Shown piece by piece: positions 25,607 through 37,307 of a stretch of 64,000 nucleotides of DNA. Positions within the stretch are counted from its first letter, which is position 1, and each line of letters begins with the position of its first letter. The notes under the pieces are model-generated. The model searched no databases. It saw only the letters and a list, made by a program, of their open reading frames with translations, and had not been told where the DNA came from. This DNA is from Octopus vulgaris (Eukaryota), in NCBI GenBank assembly GCA_951406725.2, contig OX597820.1:90210001-90274000 (forward strand). The letters are read 5' to 3'. A program made the translations under genes and the position numbers.

Positions 25607-26062
25607 TGTGTGTGTGCGTGTGTTGTACCGCCACCAGCACTTGACAGCCGGTACTTGTGTATTTACGTCCCCGTACCTTAGCGGCTCGGCAAAAGAAACC
25701 GATAGAATAAGTACCAGGCGAGGTGGCAGAAACATTAGTACGCCGGGCGAATTGGTTAGCGGTATTTCGTCCGCCGCTACGTTCTGAGTTCAAATTCCGC
25801 TGAGGTCGACTTTGCCTTTCATCCTTTCGGGGTCGATTAAAAAAGTACCAGTTACGCCCTGAGAGGGTCGATATAACCGTCTTAATCCGTTTATCTGTCC
25901 TTCTTTGTCATCTCTGTGTGTAGCTCCTTGTGGGCAGTAAAGAAATAAGAATAAGTACCAGGCTTAAAAGAAAGAAGAATTGGGTTGATACATTCAAATA
26001 AAAATTCTTCAAGGCCGTGCACAGGCATGGTTGTATTCTAATGACCGATACAAATAAAAGGT
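25607..26062 (+). mobile_element. SINE family A 3' half interrupted by a SINE family B insertion (~25720-25947)
   Basis: Direct repeat agaataagtaccaggc at 25704-25719 and 25948-25963 (TSD) brackets the family B copy. Confidence 0.88.
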
Positions 26063-26573
26063 AGACGATAAACGAGCTATCACAAAATAATTACGAAATG
26101 GCGTCTAATGGCATTCAATATCAAATTTAAAGTTGTATAACATTATGTTCCCCAAATTTTATGTACTCCCTTTTTTTCTCGAGCTTCGAAGATGTCACCT
26201 CAAGGTCCCATCATGACAAGCTAAAGTCAGCAAACAAACGTATCTCACATCACTGTTTAACGTTTCAAACTGGACAGAATGGATAGTGTGGCCAATGTGA
26301 CATATTTTCTGAATAGAAATCAAAAGGCTAGTATGATTTTGACTATACGTTCAGTTAAGCAGAGTTAACACAAAAATATCGTACTACCCTGTATCCACAA
26401 ATATATTTGTAATTATTGTTTTATTCTATTATAGGCACAAAGACTAACATGGTGGCGGGGGGCATGAGTTTAGTCGACTACATCGCCCCTAGTGTTTTAC
26501 TCGTAGATATTGTATCGACACCCAAAAGATAAAAGCAAAGTCGACCTCGGGGGAATTTGTGCTTAGAACGTAT

Positions 26574-26811
26574 AGGCGAATGAAATACCTATTTCTTTAT
26601 TACCCACAAGGGGCTAAACACAGAGGAGGCAAACAAGGACAGACATAGGTATTAAGTCGATTACATCAACCCCAGTGCGTAAGTCGATAAATTAAGTACC
26701 AGTTACGCACTGGGGTTGTTGTAATCGACTTAATACCTATGTCTGTCCTTGTTTGTCCCCTCTGTGTTTAGCCCCTTGTGGGTAATAAAGAAATAGGTAT
26801 TTCATTCGCCT
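26574..26811. repeat. Near-perfect inverted repeat (109-bp arms, 20-bp spacer) made of the SINE B 3' half, inside an older minus-strand SINE B (~26430-26860)
   Basis: 26574-26682 versus 26703-26811. Confidence 0.92.
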
Positions 26812-27443
26812 CACTAAACATTTAGTCCGAGGTGCAAACACTTTTGCAAGTCTTCTGCCATTATTGTTGTTAATAAATCCTAAAAATATCAAAAGGAATT
26901 TTGATAACTATCCGAACATCTTAGTATGCCTGTTGCCATTACACCTACTCGGTACATTAGTGGCCACTTTGGGAATTACTTGTAGTGTTTCATTTGATGA
27001 TGATTTGTAACCCCGTTTCTGTTGAATCGTAGAAATGCTAATTTAAACAGCAATGATAGAATTACGAAGGAAGTTTTCGTAATCGCCAATGATTAACATA
27101 TAATCTAATCCTAGGAAAACACTTGCTTTTTTTCTTCGTATATCTACCGCAAGTCAATTCTCTAGAGTTCTTTGTCCTTCAAGTAAAATTCAAAAGAGTA
27201 TTTGATCATTACAAACAAGGGAAAAATTCGTTAATTTTACATTTCTCTGCATGCTTTAGCAAAGATCGCTGTGCTCGCCTAATATCTACATGTATCTAGT
27301 TGTATTAAGTCGCCTGTAAGCGAAGTATATCAGTAATGGACTTTATATAACACCGGTCAACTCCCGTATGCAATGTATTTGCATTCCTAATAGAATATTT
27401 CTGCGCATCATTTTATATCATTTCATTACTTTCTTCGAGAGAA

Positions 27444-27650
27444 AGGCGGTGAGCTGCCAAAACTAGTAACACGCCGGACAAAATGCTGAGCTGTATATTG
27501 CCCGTCTTTATGTTCTGTGTTCAACATCCTTTTGGGGGACAATAAAATACATACCAGTCAAGTATTAAGTTCGATGTAACCGACTTGGATCTCCCTTAAA
27601 CAACAACAAAAAGAAAAAAAATGCTGCCCCATTGCCGAAATTTAGAACTA
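27444..27650 (+). mobile_element. SINE family B, decayed
   Basis: aggcggtgagctgcc...cacgccggacaaaatgctgagc...gatgtaaccgactt. Confidence 0.7.
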
Positions 27651-27792
27651 TACTTTCCGTGACAGAGGAAGATTAATATCATTTCAATACATATGAAGTC
27701 ACTAAAGAGTGCAATCGTAAAAACACATAACTTAATTTGCATATGTAAATTCGTAATTCGAACCGCAGGAGCAATAAATTCTAGCGTACAAA

Positions 27793-27838
<46 letters not shown>

Positions 27839-27841
<3 letters not shown>

Positions 27842-28223
27842 AGTGGCTGTGTGGTAAGTAGCTTGTTTACCAACAACATGTTTCCGGGTCCAGTTCCACT
27901 GTGTAACGACCTGGGCAAGTGCCTTGCACTATAGCTTCAGGCCGACCAGAGGCTTGTCAGTGGATTTGATAGGCGGAAACTGAAAGAAGCCCGTCGTGTG
28001 TGTATATATATATATATTTGTATGTCTGTGTTTGTCGCCCCAACATCGCTTAACAACCGATGCTGCTGTGTTCACGTCCTCGTAACATAACGGTTCGGCA
28101 AAAGAGACCGATGCAATAAGTACTAGGCTTACAAAGAATAAGTCCTGGGGTCGATTTCCTCGACTAAAGGCGGTGCTCCAGCAAAACCACAGTCAAATGA
28201 CTGACACAAATAGAAGAGTAAAA

Positions 28224-28228
<5 letters not shown>
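27839..28228 (+). mobile_element. SINE family A
   Basis: Full-length match to the copies at 4615 and 61157. Confidence 0.9.
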
Positions 28229-28258
<30 letters not shown>

Positions 28259-28362
28259 CACACATTTTATATACATGTATGTATGTATGTATGTATATAT
28301 ATATATATATACATACATACATACATACATCTACACACACACATACGCACACACACACACAC

Positions 28363-28428
<66 letters not shown>

Positions 28429-28450
28429 AGAGAGAGAGATTGCGAGAAAG

Positions 28451-29246
28451 AGAGTAGTGATACAACAAAGCACCAATGTTTACTAGAAATAGCAATCGAT
28501 ACATTTACGACGCTATATTAAAGCTTCAATTTCTATATACTGGCAAAAACATGTGATGGCAGCAAATATAAAAAAAGTTTGTCTTACCTCTAGGAAGAAG
28601 GTTATAAAAATGGACAACCATAATCGGATATTCTAGTACCTAGGTTTCGGATTCTTAAAATACTTTTCTAATCGTAAATTTGATTAGTTTTTCATCAGCT
28701 GGATTTACCTGGACAATATTTCAAATGTTGCTACATCAATGCCAGTATACTCACCTGAAAGCTTAGCTGTTAACAGACTGAGAACAGTGAATAAATTTTC
28801 AATAAAAAATAAAGTATTGAAATACAAATGTATTACTTTCTAGTAAATTAAAACACCGTAAAGATAGAAGTATAAATATAGAGTAGTGGTACAACAGAGT
28901 ACCAATGTTTACTGGAAATAGCAGTCGATACATTTACGACGCTATAGTAAAGCTTCAGTATATACACATTAAAGCTTTACTTTGCATCCTAAATATATCG
29001 ACTGTTATTTCCAGTTAACATTGGTGCTGTGTTGTACCACTACTCTATATTTATACTTCTGCCTTTACGGTGCTTTATTTTACTAGAAAGTATTGCAATA
29101 ATTTACTTTTTATTGAAAACTTTTTCACTGTTCTCGGTCTGTTAACGGCTAAGCGTCCAGGTGAGTGTATTGGCATTGATGTAGCAACATTTGAATATTA
29201 CTGCTATTTCCAGTAAACATCGGTGCTTTGTTGTACCACTACTCTG
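28451..29246. mobile_element. Nested fold-back module with hammerhead, between microsatellites
   Basis: Inner arms ~28715-28955 / ~28972-29199 and outer arms ~28451-28495 / ~29200-29246. ~28451-28528 is also a direct copy of ~28880-28957. Confidence 0.85.
28632..28703 (-). ncRNA. Type I hammerhead ribozyme, helix II base decayed
   Basis: Minus strand: tccag-CTGATGA-aaaa ctaatc...gattag...-GAAA-cctagg-TA-ctaga. Palindromic helix III. Confidence 0.65.
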
Positions 29247-29252
29247 TCTCTG

Positions 29253-29317
<65 letters not shown>

Positions 29318-29325
29318 ATATATAT

Positions 29326-29364
<39 letters not shown>

Positions 29365-29742
29365 TATATAAATTAAGGATATAATCATTAAAATGATTAT
29401 TATGTCACTGCCTAGCGTAGACAAAGTGACAGTATATACTTAATATGTGTATGTGTGTGTGCACATAGTCACTACAACACATATAAGGGACTACAGAAGA
29501 AATTGACAAGAACATCATCATCCATCTGAACTGTTTGCTACATGGTATTTTTACATGAACATAAATAGTATATAATAAGGAGAATATTTCACGTCTTGTA
29601 TTGCAATAATATCATCAAATGTCTTCCGCTTTATAAAAGATGACTGAGTATGTAGGAAAAGGAAGATTTCTTCGAATACTACATTACCAAGAGATAGACC
29701 GTGTTCTTTAGTGCGAAATTTGATGGAATTTTTTAACTTTGC

Positions 29743-29828
29743 CACAATAACTTCCCAGCATTCATCTAACTTCCCACAATAACTTCCCAGCATTCATGTA
29801 ACTTCACATAATATCTTCCCAGCATTCA
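29743..29828. repeat. 32-bp tandem repeat, ~2.7 copies
   Basis: Unit cacaataacttcccagcattcatctaacttcc. Confidence 0.9.
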
Positions 29829-30399
29829 CTAAGAAATGTTATGAGGTACCGTGCTAATCGCTTTCGAAAATCTTAGTTAGGAAAAGATGGTGAAATCGAA
29901 ATCGCATTCAGGTAGGGACTGCAACGGTCTGAAGTTATAACTGACAAGGAACTATCTGCAGCGCTCAGCTGCAGATAGTAACTAAAGTTTCGTATTAGTA
30001 AATGCCAAGGGTAATAATAATTAATGAAAATAATAGCCATGTAAAAAGATATATCGTACACGGAATGTTAGTATACAAGAAATCAATATATATATAGAGC
30101 AGAAATAAATTAATTCTTCTTATTTCCAGGAGTAAGGAGACTAATGTAATTTATTTAGCAAATAAATTTAAAATCATCCTAAAGTGTCAAAGTGATACTG
30201 TTACAGCAAAGATATATCTTCCACTGCAATGATAATAATGTTCGTGTTTCATTGCGGTAGCTATTTTCGGCGAATGCTTAAAGTAATTGAAATTACGTGT
30301 TACAGAATATCACTATACGAATTTATTCAAAAATATTTAGGATAAAATGTCATGTTATTTCATATTAGACATTTGAAATGTTTGTTCATCGAGTCTCTG

Positions 30400-31000
30400 C
30401 TAGATGGGATTTATGTTGGATGTAGTATTGACCGGACGTCGGTTATTGCAATGATGGCAAATGTGCTACACAGAATAGCCATTACTACGATTAGTCTGGA
30501 AAATATGTAGTTTGCCAATAGAATTAACATCAGAAATAATATTGTAAGTGAAAACACCAGAGATTTATTATACTCTTGTAGAGAATTCCAGAATGGAAAG
30601 GGTAGAGTAACACAAGCACGAGGAAATCAGAACACATCGAGAGAGAAATAAATATTGAAGTTTTGTTAGTCTATGAGGATACAAATCAATAATTTCTAAG
30701 TAGTATCTATAAAATTGCAGCCAATTGTCCATCAGAAGGATGTTGTATTTCTAAAAATAGACTGCGGGTGAAGTTTCGAATAAATTAGAAATAAAATCAT
30801 CGAGCATTCACTAAAGCATTTTCAGTTCAATGCGAGACACAAAACTGTCTTATTGAAGGGTTTATTGTTTCGGAGTAAGCTTTGGAGGATAATATAATGT
30901 AATGTCGTTGATAAATGTACATGACAATAGTCATCTCTAGAATATTACAATAACTTAACAGGGAAACCATAATGTACGGTAGGTAGGCAGATGCTTTGCT
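30400..31000 (+). mobile_element. Highly decayed Penelope-like fragment
   Basis: KSIISK (~30683) followed by NCPSEGCCISKN (~30723) parallels the KSII...C-L---C--K motif of the element at 25305-25502. Confidence 0.4.
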
Positions 31001-32896
31001 TCAATGTGTTTTTGCATCATATAAATATTCTAAACTGCACGCATATTTCAATATCCTACCAGTTTGTAAATTTATATCAACTGTTTGTAGTACACTTGTG
31101 GTTAAGATATAATATATTGAACTACTTTCGGTTGAGAATCTTAATAAAGAGGGGAAGGTGCTGGACAGTCATTCGAACGCGTTAGTGAATAGTTACATTT
31201 TGTGTGTTTGCTCTTTGAATTTAACACAATCACCCTTTTGTTAATATAGGAAAATAAATTGCCTTTAATAAAATAATGCCCCATTGATTTTGTTGCAAAA
31301 TAAATGCAATATAACACTAATCTAATATATTGTATAACTGGTCCTATACCATTCACATTAGGAATATTGTGCTACACTTATTATTGGAAACATTTCAGTA
31401 ATGCAGCTACATTTATCAGCAAATAGATAGCAAAGATAGTAAAATGTATGCACGTACTTGGTAAATGGCGATAATAGAATACTCATTTAGTTTAAATCTA
31501 TGTCTATAAGTTATTATATATCTGTGACAGAAACTTATATATGTTTCTTATTCTAGATTTGGGCTTTTTTGAGCGAATACTAGATTTAGCGGATGTCGAT
31601 GTCTCAGTATTTTAGTTGTTCTTGTATCAGTAATCCAGTAGAGATGAAAAACGAAATTGATTTTTGTAACGATTGTAAATAGTTCCAAAGTTAAACACAA
31701 CAGCGCAATTTGACTGACATTCTACGATATCAGCAATTTCGTACATATTCACAAAAGACCAACGACGACATTGAATCGAAGCGAAACAATTGGGTTGAAG
31801 TGGTATATTTGATTGAATCGATTACATTAAGCGTCTGGTGTTTATATTGATTGCAGAAGAATTTTAAAAAAGGAAAAAGAAAGTGAACGTGAAACCGGTT
31901 GAATTTCAGTTTCAAAAATAAATTGAATAAAGATTTTGTTTCTCGACTCTATTTCTTTAGAGCTTTCATATAAATATTAAATAATGAATTAAAAATAAGC
32001 TCCCAAACATAGCTGTGGAGTATAGCCGATTACATTAGTCCCAGTATCATACTGGTGCTTTATTCTATCGTTCGTTTTCAATAGACGTAGTAGGTATTGA
32101 GAAATAACACTAGAAATCTTTTTGACAGGCAACTTTTCTATCCGTCAGTTACTCCATATCTTAAATATACAAATATTCCGAGTGCTTAAGAAAAGATTGG
32201 AATTAGATTCTCGTCTCTTAAATGAACACATGTATTAGAAACGCATATGGAGAATCTTATTTCAAAGACGCAATTAAAATTTTGTTTATAAAATTAGTGA
32301 TAGTCTGATCAGTGAATAATTTTTAATATTGAAATAGTTCATGTTATCATGTTTTTCTATGATTTACTCAGCGAAATTCAATTAGAATTCATACTTTTCA
32401 TTAAATTCATCGACTTTATCACAAACGAACCAAATCATATAGAATTTTGTCAGAGCATAGTTACCATGTTCGATTGTTCACGTGATTAAACAGCCATAAT
32501 GTATTCAACTATGAGACAATTTCAAACATATATGTAATTTTATAAAGCGCATGATACTGGATCACATTACACTGACAATATTATACTGTAATTGTTCTTC
32601 TATTCAAGTTATGCATTTGAAATTAGAAGTTATTCTGTTATAAAGAATGGATTGATTCGATTAATAAGATATTTAATATAATTACGTTTGACATATGTTT
32701 TTGAGACCTTGTTAAGAAACGAAATAACAAGCATATGTAGGTCATAAAATACAAACATTTAGGAATATATATTTGGCTTCCAGATAAATCATTCGCTTTT
32801 TACCAAGGTTATTTGAATTTTCATGAAAAATATTTTTATCGTTGTTCTTTTTATAATGTTTTTATTATAGCTCTACTCTTCAAGAATTTTTGTTTA

Positions 32897-33300
32897 TCTC
32901 TCTATATAAAAAAAACTGAGAATGTGTGCCTGCCTGTCTGTGTGTTTCCCTAAATCTAGAGAACTACAGAACCAATTTCATTCAAATTTTACACATGCCT
33001 TACTTAAGGTCCGGGGAGTGTCATCGGCAAAAACTTTTAACTTTTTCCCTAGGGCGACCGCTCAGCAATATCTATATTCTCCACTATTTCAGTATTACGT
33101 GTTAAAAGTGAAACAAAAACATCTCTCTTTTGTAATGCAGACATTCACTTTAATACTGAAACTATTAAAGTGGAAGTATTGTATAACAGGGATGAACCAT
33201 TAACAGTAGTCATCCATTTTACTAGAAGAAGATCCGCTATGGTCTTATATGCTACACCACTGGTTTTCAGTTCATATTAATCAAAATAATATTCAATTTT
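32897..33300 (+). mobile_element. Helitron-like non-autonomous element, 5' part
   Basis: A|TC start, then tatataaaa...gagaatgtgtg, a (ctgt)-type microrepeat and an aactac...accaatttcattcaaatttt core, as in small invertebrate Helitrons. The 3' end was not located. Confidence 0.5.
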
Positions 33301-33499
33301 TCACCCTTATTATGTGTGTGTGTGTGTGTGTGTGTGTGTTAGCAATTCGTATAAAATTGCATCAATGACTTGAACTTGAATAAGTGGTTTCACATAAATC
33401 GGGATAAATTAAAAAGGCTTGTTGTATTATTATTACTGCTTGACTATTGTAATCACATTTGTTGGTTCCTCGTCAGGGAAACGTTGTTGAGTTGCATTT

Positions 33500-33996
33500 A
33501 TTAATAATTGTAAACCGTAACCCTCCCCCTTTCGGAGAAGTGGCTTTGGTTATTGTTTAAAAATTGAATTGTGTCCTTGTTTGGGGAAATTGACAATATT
33601 TTCACCGTCTTTACGGAATCATTTTTGTTAAAATGCCTTCGATAGAAGAAGGTCCAAAAAGGAATTTCGCTGCAACCGTACACTTCTATACAAGAGGGAG
33701 GACAAGATCCAATTGATCGAAATTGCAAGAGACGGGCCTACAATTCCAGTCTGTTATATATTTTGAGTATTGTTATCACTATCGATATCAAGATATAACT
33801 TGGACTCCACCCGTACTTGCTTGCAATGATTCATTCCTGAGAGTATGAGACCTTCGGGCCATTTGACGTTGGGGAAGTTGAAATCACCCATAAGAAAGAT
33901 GGTCACGTGGTGTTCCAGATTCATGAGGATTTCTTTAATTCCTGTGAGGCAATCTTCAAACTTGCCTATGTGATTTGGAGCATCCGGTGGGTAATA
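33500..33996 (-). mobile_element. LINE ORF2 APE-endonuclease fragment (CR1-group-like)
   Basis: Minus strand: YYPPDAP...IKEILMNLEHHVTIFLMGDFNFPNVKWP. Confidence 0.8.
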
Positions 33997-33998
33997 TG

Positions 33999-34042
<44 letters not shown>

Positions 34043-34069
34043 TGTATATATATTGATATGTATATATAA

Positions 34070-34125
<56 letters not shown>

Positions 34126-34284
34126 AACTTATAAGTAAGGGCTAAAGAAAATTATTTCAATGCCAATATGCTGATAACAGACTGTTAAATCGTCAATTTC
34201 CACATATAATTTACTAGCTACAGAAAAAACCGAAGAACTGAAATCGGGCAAGCCGGCCGATAGAATGTTTAAAAAGATCGTTAT

Positions 34285-34344
34285 TTCTATATTGAATCAA
34301 TTTCGGAATTAATCTCATAAAAGATTATTTTCTCTTCAGTAGAA
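34285..34344 (-). ncRNA. Type I hammerhead ribozyme
   Basis: Minus strand: ttcta-CTGAAGA-gaaaataatct tttatg agattaattcc-GAAA-ttga t tcaa-TA-tagaa. About 160 bp upstream (minus-strand sense) of a (TA)n tract. Confidence 0.8.
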
Positions 34345-34679
34345 CTTACGAAAGGATATAAATAAGATACTTACATGCGCCCATGGAAAAAGCCGAAGCA
34401 AAAATCATGAGTACATTTAAGTACCCCAGATACATCTAAAAATAAAATTCTTTTGTCAGCCTCAGTACAACGTGTTGTACTGTCTTTACGTCGATATGAG
34501 GCAGAAGAAAGACTGACTGAGTCTCGATAATCAAACAACATCTGAAAACCGAGCCAGAGCTCGTCCACACATGACAGTGAACTGCATTTGTTGGAACGGG
34601 ACGAGTTCTATCCACAAAGAAATGCTTGGAAGCAATCACATGATCTGTGTAGAAGTTTACGTTCAACAAATGCATAACT

Positions 34680-34996
34680 GAGTGGCTTAGTGGTTAGGGC
34701 ATTCGGCTCATGATCGTAAGGTCGTGAGTTCAATTCCTGGCGGCGCGTTATTACCTTGAGCAAGACACTTTATTTCACGTTGCTCCAGTCCACTCAGCTG
34801 GCAAAAATGAGTAGTACCTGTATTTCAAAGGGTCAGCCTTGTCACACTATCCGTCACGCTGAATCTCCCCGAGAACTATGTTAAGGGTACACGTGTTTGT
34901 GGAGCGCTCAACCACTTGCAAGTTAATTTCACGAGCAAACTGTTCCGTTGATCGTATCAGCCGGGACCCTCGTCGTCGCAACCGACGGAGTGCTCC
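34680..34996 (+). mobile_element. tRNA-derived SINE with Meta-like central domain
   Basis: A box tggcttagtgg, B box gagttcaattcc, central ccttgagcaagacacttt...ctccagtccactcagctg...aaatgagt. Confidence 0.85.
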
Positions 34997-35529
34997 TGCT
35001 GCCATGACTGAAATATGACTGAGATATGTAGGTATACTTGACAAGAAGCCTAATATCGTTTACGTTCGGCATTGAAGCACATTTCCTGATAAGAGAATAC
35101 AATGTCAGTAATAGAGTTCAAACTGGAGCTAGTCAGTTAGATGTTTTGATAGCAACGGTATATACGTTGCTGTGAAGTATCGAAATAGATGTAGGATGTG
35201 TTGCTATGACTATGCAATGATCACAGGATCAGTTGGAGAATATAAAGATGAGTTTTAGAAGCGATTATTATTGTTTAATCTTAGCTTGTATAAATTTTAA
35301 AACAATACGCTACTACCACATGCGTATTTATAATTTCTTCTCTTGCTTTTGTATATTCAAAAGCAAATACCGCATCGGGATGTAACTTAAAGAGACTTTC
35401 GTTAAATATTAATACACTGTTTCGATAGATTATCCTAATAATGGCATGAATGGCTCATTGCAGTCTGCCAAAAACGACATTGGTGTGCTATCAAAATCCG
35501 GTTGATAAAAGTGTAGAAAACGCCTGATA

Positions 35530-35588
<59 letters not shown>

Positions 35589-35592
35589 TAAT

Positions 35593-35641
<49 letters not shown>

Positions 35642-35713
35642 GTAGTAGTAATAATAATAATAGGGATGATGATGATGAGGATGATAACAACAACAATAAT
35701 AATAATAATAATA

Positions 35714-35744
<31 letters not shown>

Positions 35745-35793
35745 TAGTAGTAATAATAGTGATGATGATGATGATAACAACAATAACAACAAC

Positions 35794-35848
<55 letters not shown>

Positions 35849-35850
<2 letters not shown>

Positions 35851-36119
35851 CCAAAAATGGCAGAAATTCAAAAGATAGTGCTCTTGGGAACTGCTCATAT
35901 CCTACGCAAAATACTTTCAATGTAATCTCAGGGTTTAAAACAAACATAATTTTCGGTCTTTTTTTTTTTTGACATTCATTAGTACAACACCAAAGAAACC
36001 CCCAAATATATGGCACACTAGGCATAACAACAACATGAACTTCCAACCTGTTGTCTCTTGAGGTCTCTGGGTGAGACTTGGAGCCAACTTGTACAAATAT
36101 GAAGCAAGAGTCAAACATA
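35849..36119 (+). mobile_element. 3' end of RLE-type non-LTR retrotransposon (Dong/R4-like)
   Basis: PKMAEIQKIVLLGTAHILRKILSM* (stop 35923-35925) plus 3' UTR, flanked by (AAT)n. Confidence 0.8.
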
Positions 36120-36175
36120 GAATAATAATAACAATAATAATAACAATAGTAATAACAATAGTAATAATGATGATG

Positions 36176-36217
<42 letters not shown>

Positions 36218-36227
36218 GTAATAATAA

Positions 36228-36567
36228 ATGTAAAAGATGTGACATCTTAAAGTGAGAACTGTTCCTGTTGTTGTAGGTGCCCTAGGTATGATAAAAAAGG
36301 GATGTCAGAAGTATCTAGATAATATCCCACGAAAACCATGCCTCGGAGAAATTCAAAACATTGTGCTGGCAAGTACTACCCATAATCTTAAAACACCCTA
36401 TCAATTTAAATCTATATGTTATATTACATGAAGATATTTCGCTAATGTTCCTGTCACTTCCCCTCCCCAAGCTATCGGCCATAGTGTAAAATCTCTTATC
36501 CTTCACTCTCCTTAGAAAGCTGGAGGTACCTCGGCGAGTGATTGTTACAAACATGCAGATTAAAAGT
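36228..36567 (+). mobile_element. 3' end of a second, divergent RLE-type retrotransposon
   Basis: KM*HLKVRTVPVVVGALGMIKKGCQKYLDNIPRKPCLGEIQNIVLASTTHNL, flanked by (AAT)n. Confidence 0.8.
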
Positions 36568-36568
36568 A

Positions 36569-36629
<61 letters not shown>

Positions 36630-36637
36630 GTAATAAT

Positions 36638-37165
36638 GCCCTGATGCAGTACCTGACAGTGGCTTTCATGGCTTCTGATCTTAACTGATTGAAAGTGTTA
36701 TTATGTACATTGCTTTGTCTTGGTATAAAAGATGGGATACAGTAAATATTCTGCTCAATACGACAGATTTGCTTGTCAGTTCTTTGACCTTAACCAGTTG
36801 ACCATGTCCTATTATGGCTGACAATATGTGCATCTTTGATCAAGAGTGGAAGTAGTGGAGAGCATCATAGCCATGTGTTGAGTAGAATTCTTTGACATTT
36901 GAATAATTCACCTTTGGAAGCATGGGTGGTTCGTTCAACATCCTTAAACACTCCTTATTCAGGGACCTTTTGAGCGGGATGGGCTACTCGACCAGAAGAA
37001 AATTCTAACTGCGCCCCCACCTGCAAGGTCATGCGTGGTTTATCTTTGATATGAGATCACGATGTCGCGCAAATGTGGTTGAAATGCATGCATGTGATGG
37101 GTATACTGGTCGTCGTATATTTCTACCCCAGTGTCACTTTGATGGCATGCACTGCTCTCTCACTC
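36638..37165. mobile_element. ~530-bp non-coding insert in (AAT)n, probable non-autonomous retroelement or long 3' UTR
   Basis: Sharp boundaries against AAT tracts on both sides. No ORF and no obvious tRNA head. Confidence 0.5.
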
Positions 37166-37247
37166 AATAATAATAATAATAATAATAATAACACAATATC
37201 TTTAACCAACAACCACAAGATACTGGATACTGTATGACATCTTAAAA

Positions 37248-37307
<60 letters not shown>

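Larger units (their letters stand above)
35528..37305. repeat. Compound (AAT)n field interrupted by four inserts
   Basis: AAT/GAT/AAC tracts at ~35528-35848, 36120-36227, 36568-36637, 37166-37190 and 37248-37305. Confidence 0.95.

Noticed and set aside
29743-29828. CRISPR-like periodic repeat
   Set aside because: Head-to-tail tandem units without unique spacers, eukaryotic context, no cas genes.
34371-34675. Possible minus-strand host exon ending at a GTAAGT donor (~34374)
   Set aside because: No recognisable protein similarity, no clear acceptor and no partner exons. Small exons elsewhere cannot be excluded without RNA data.
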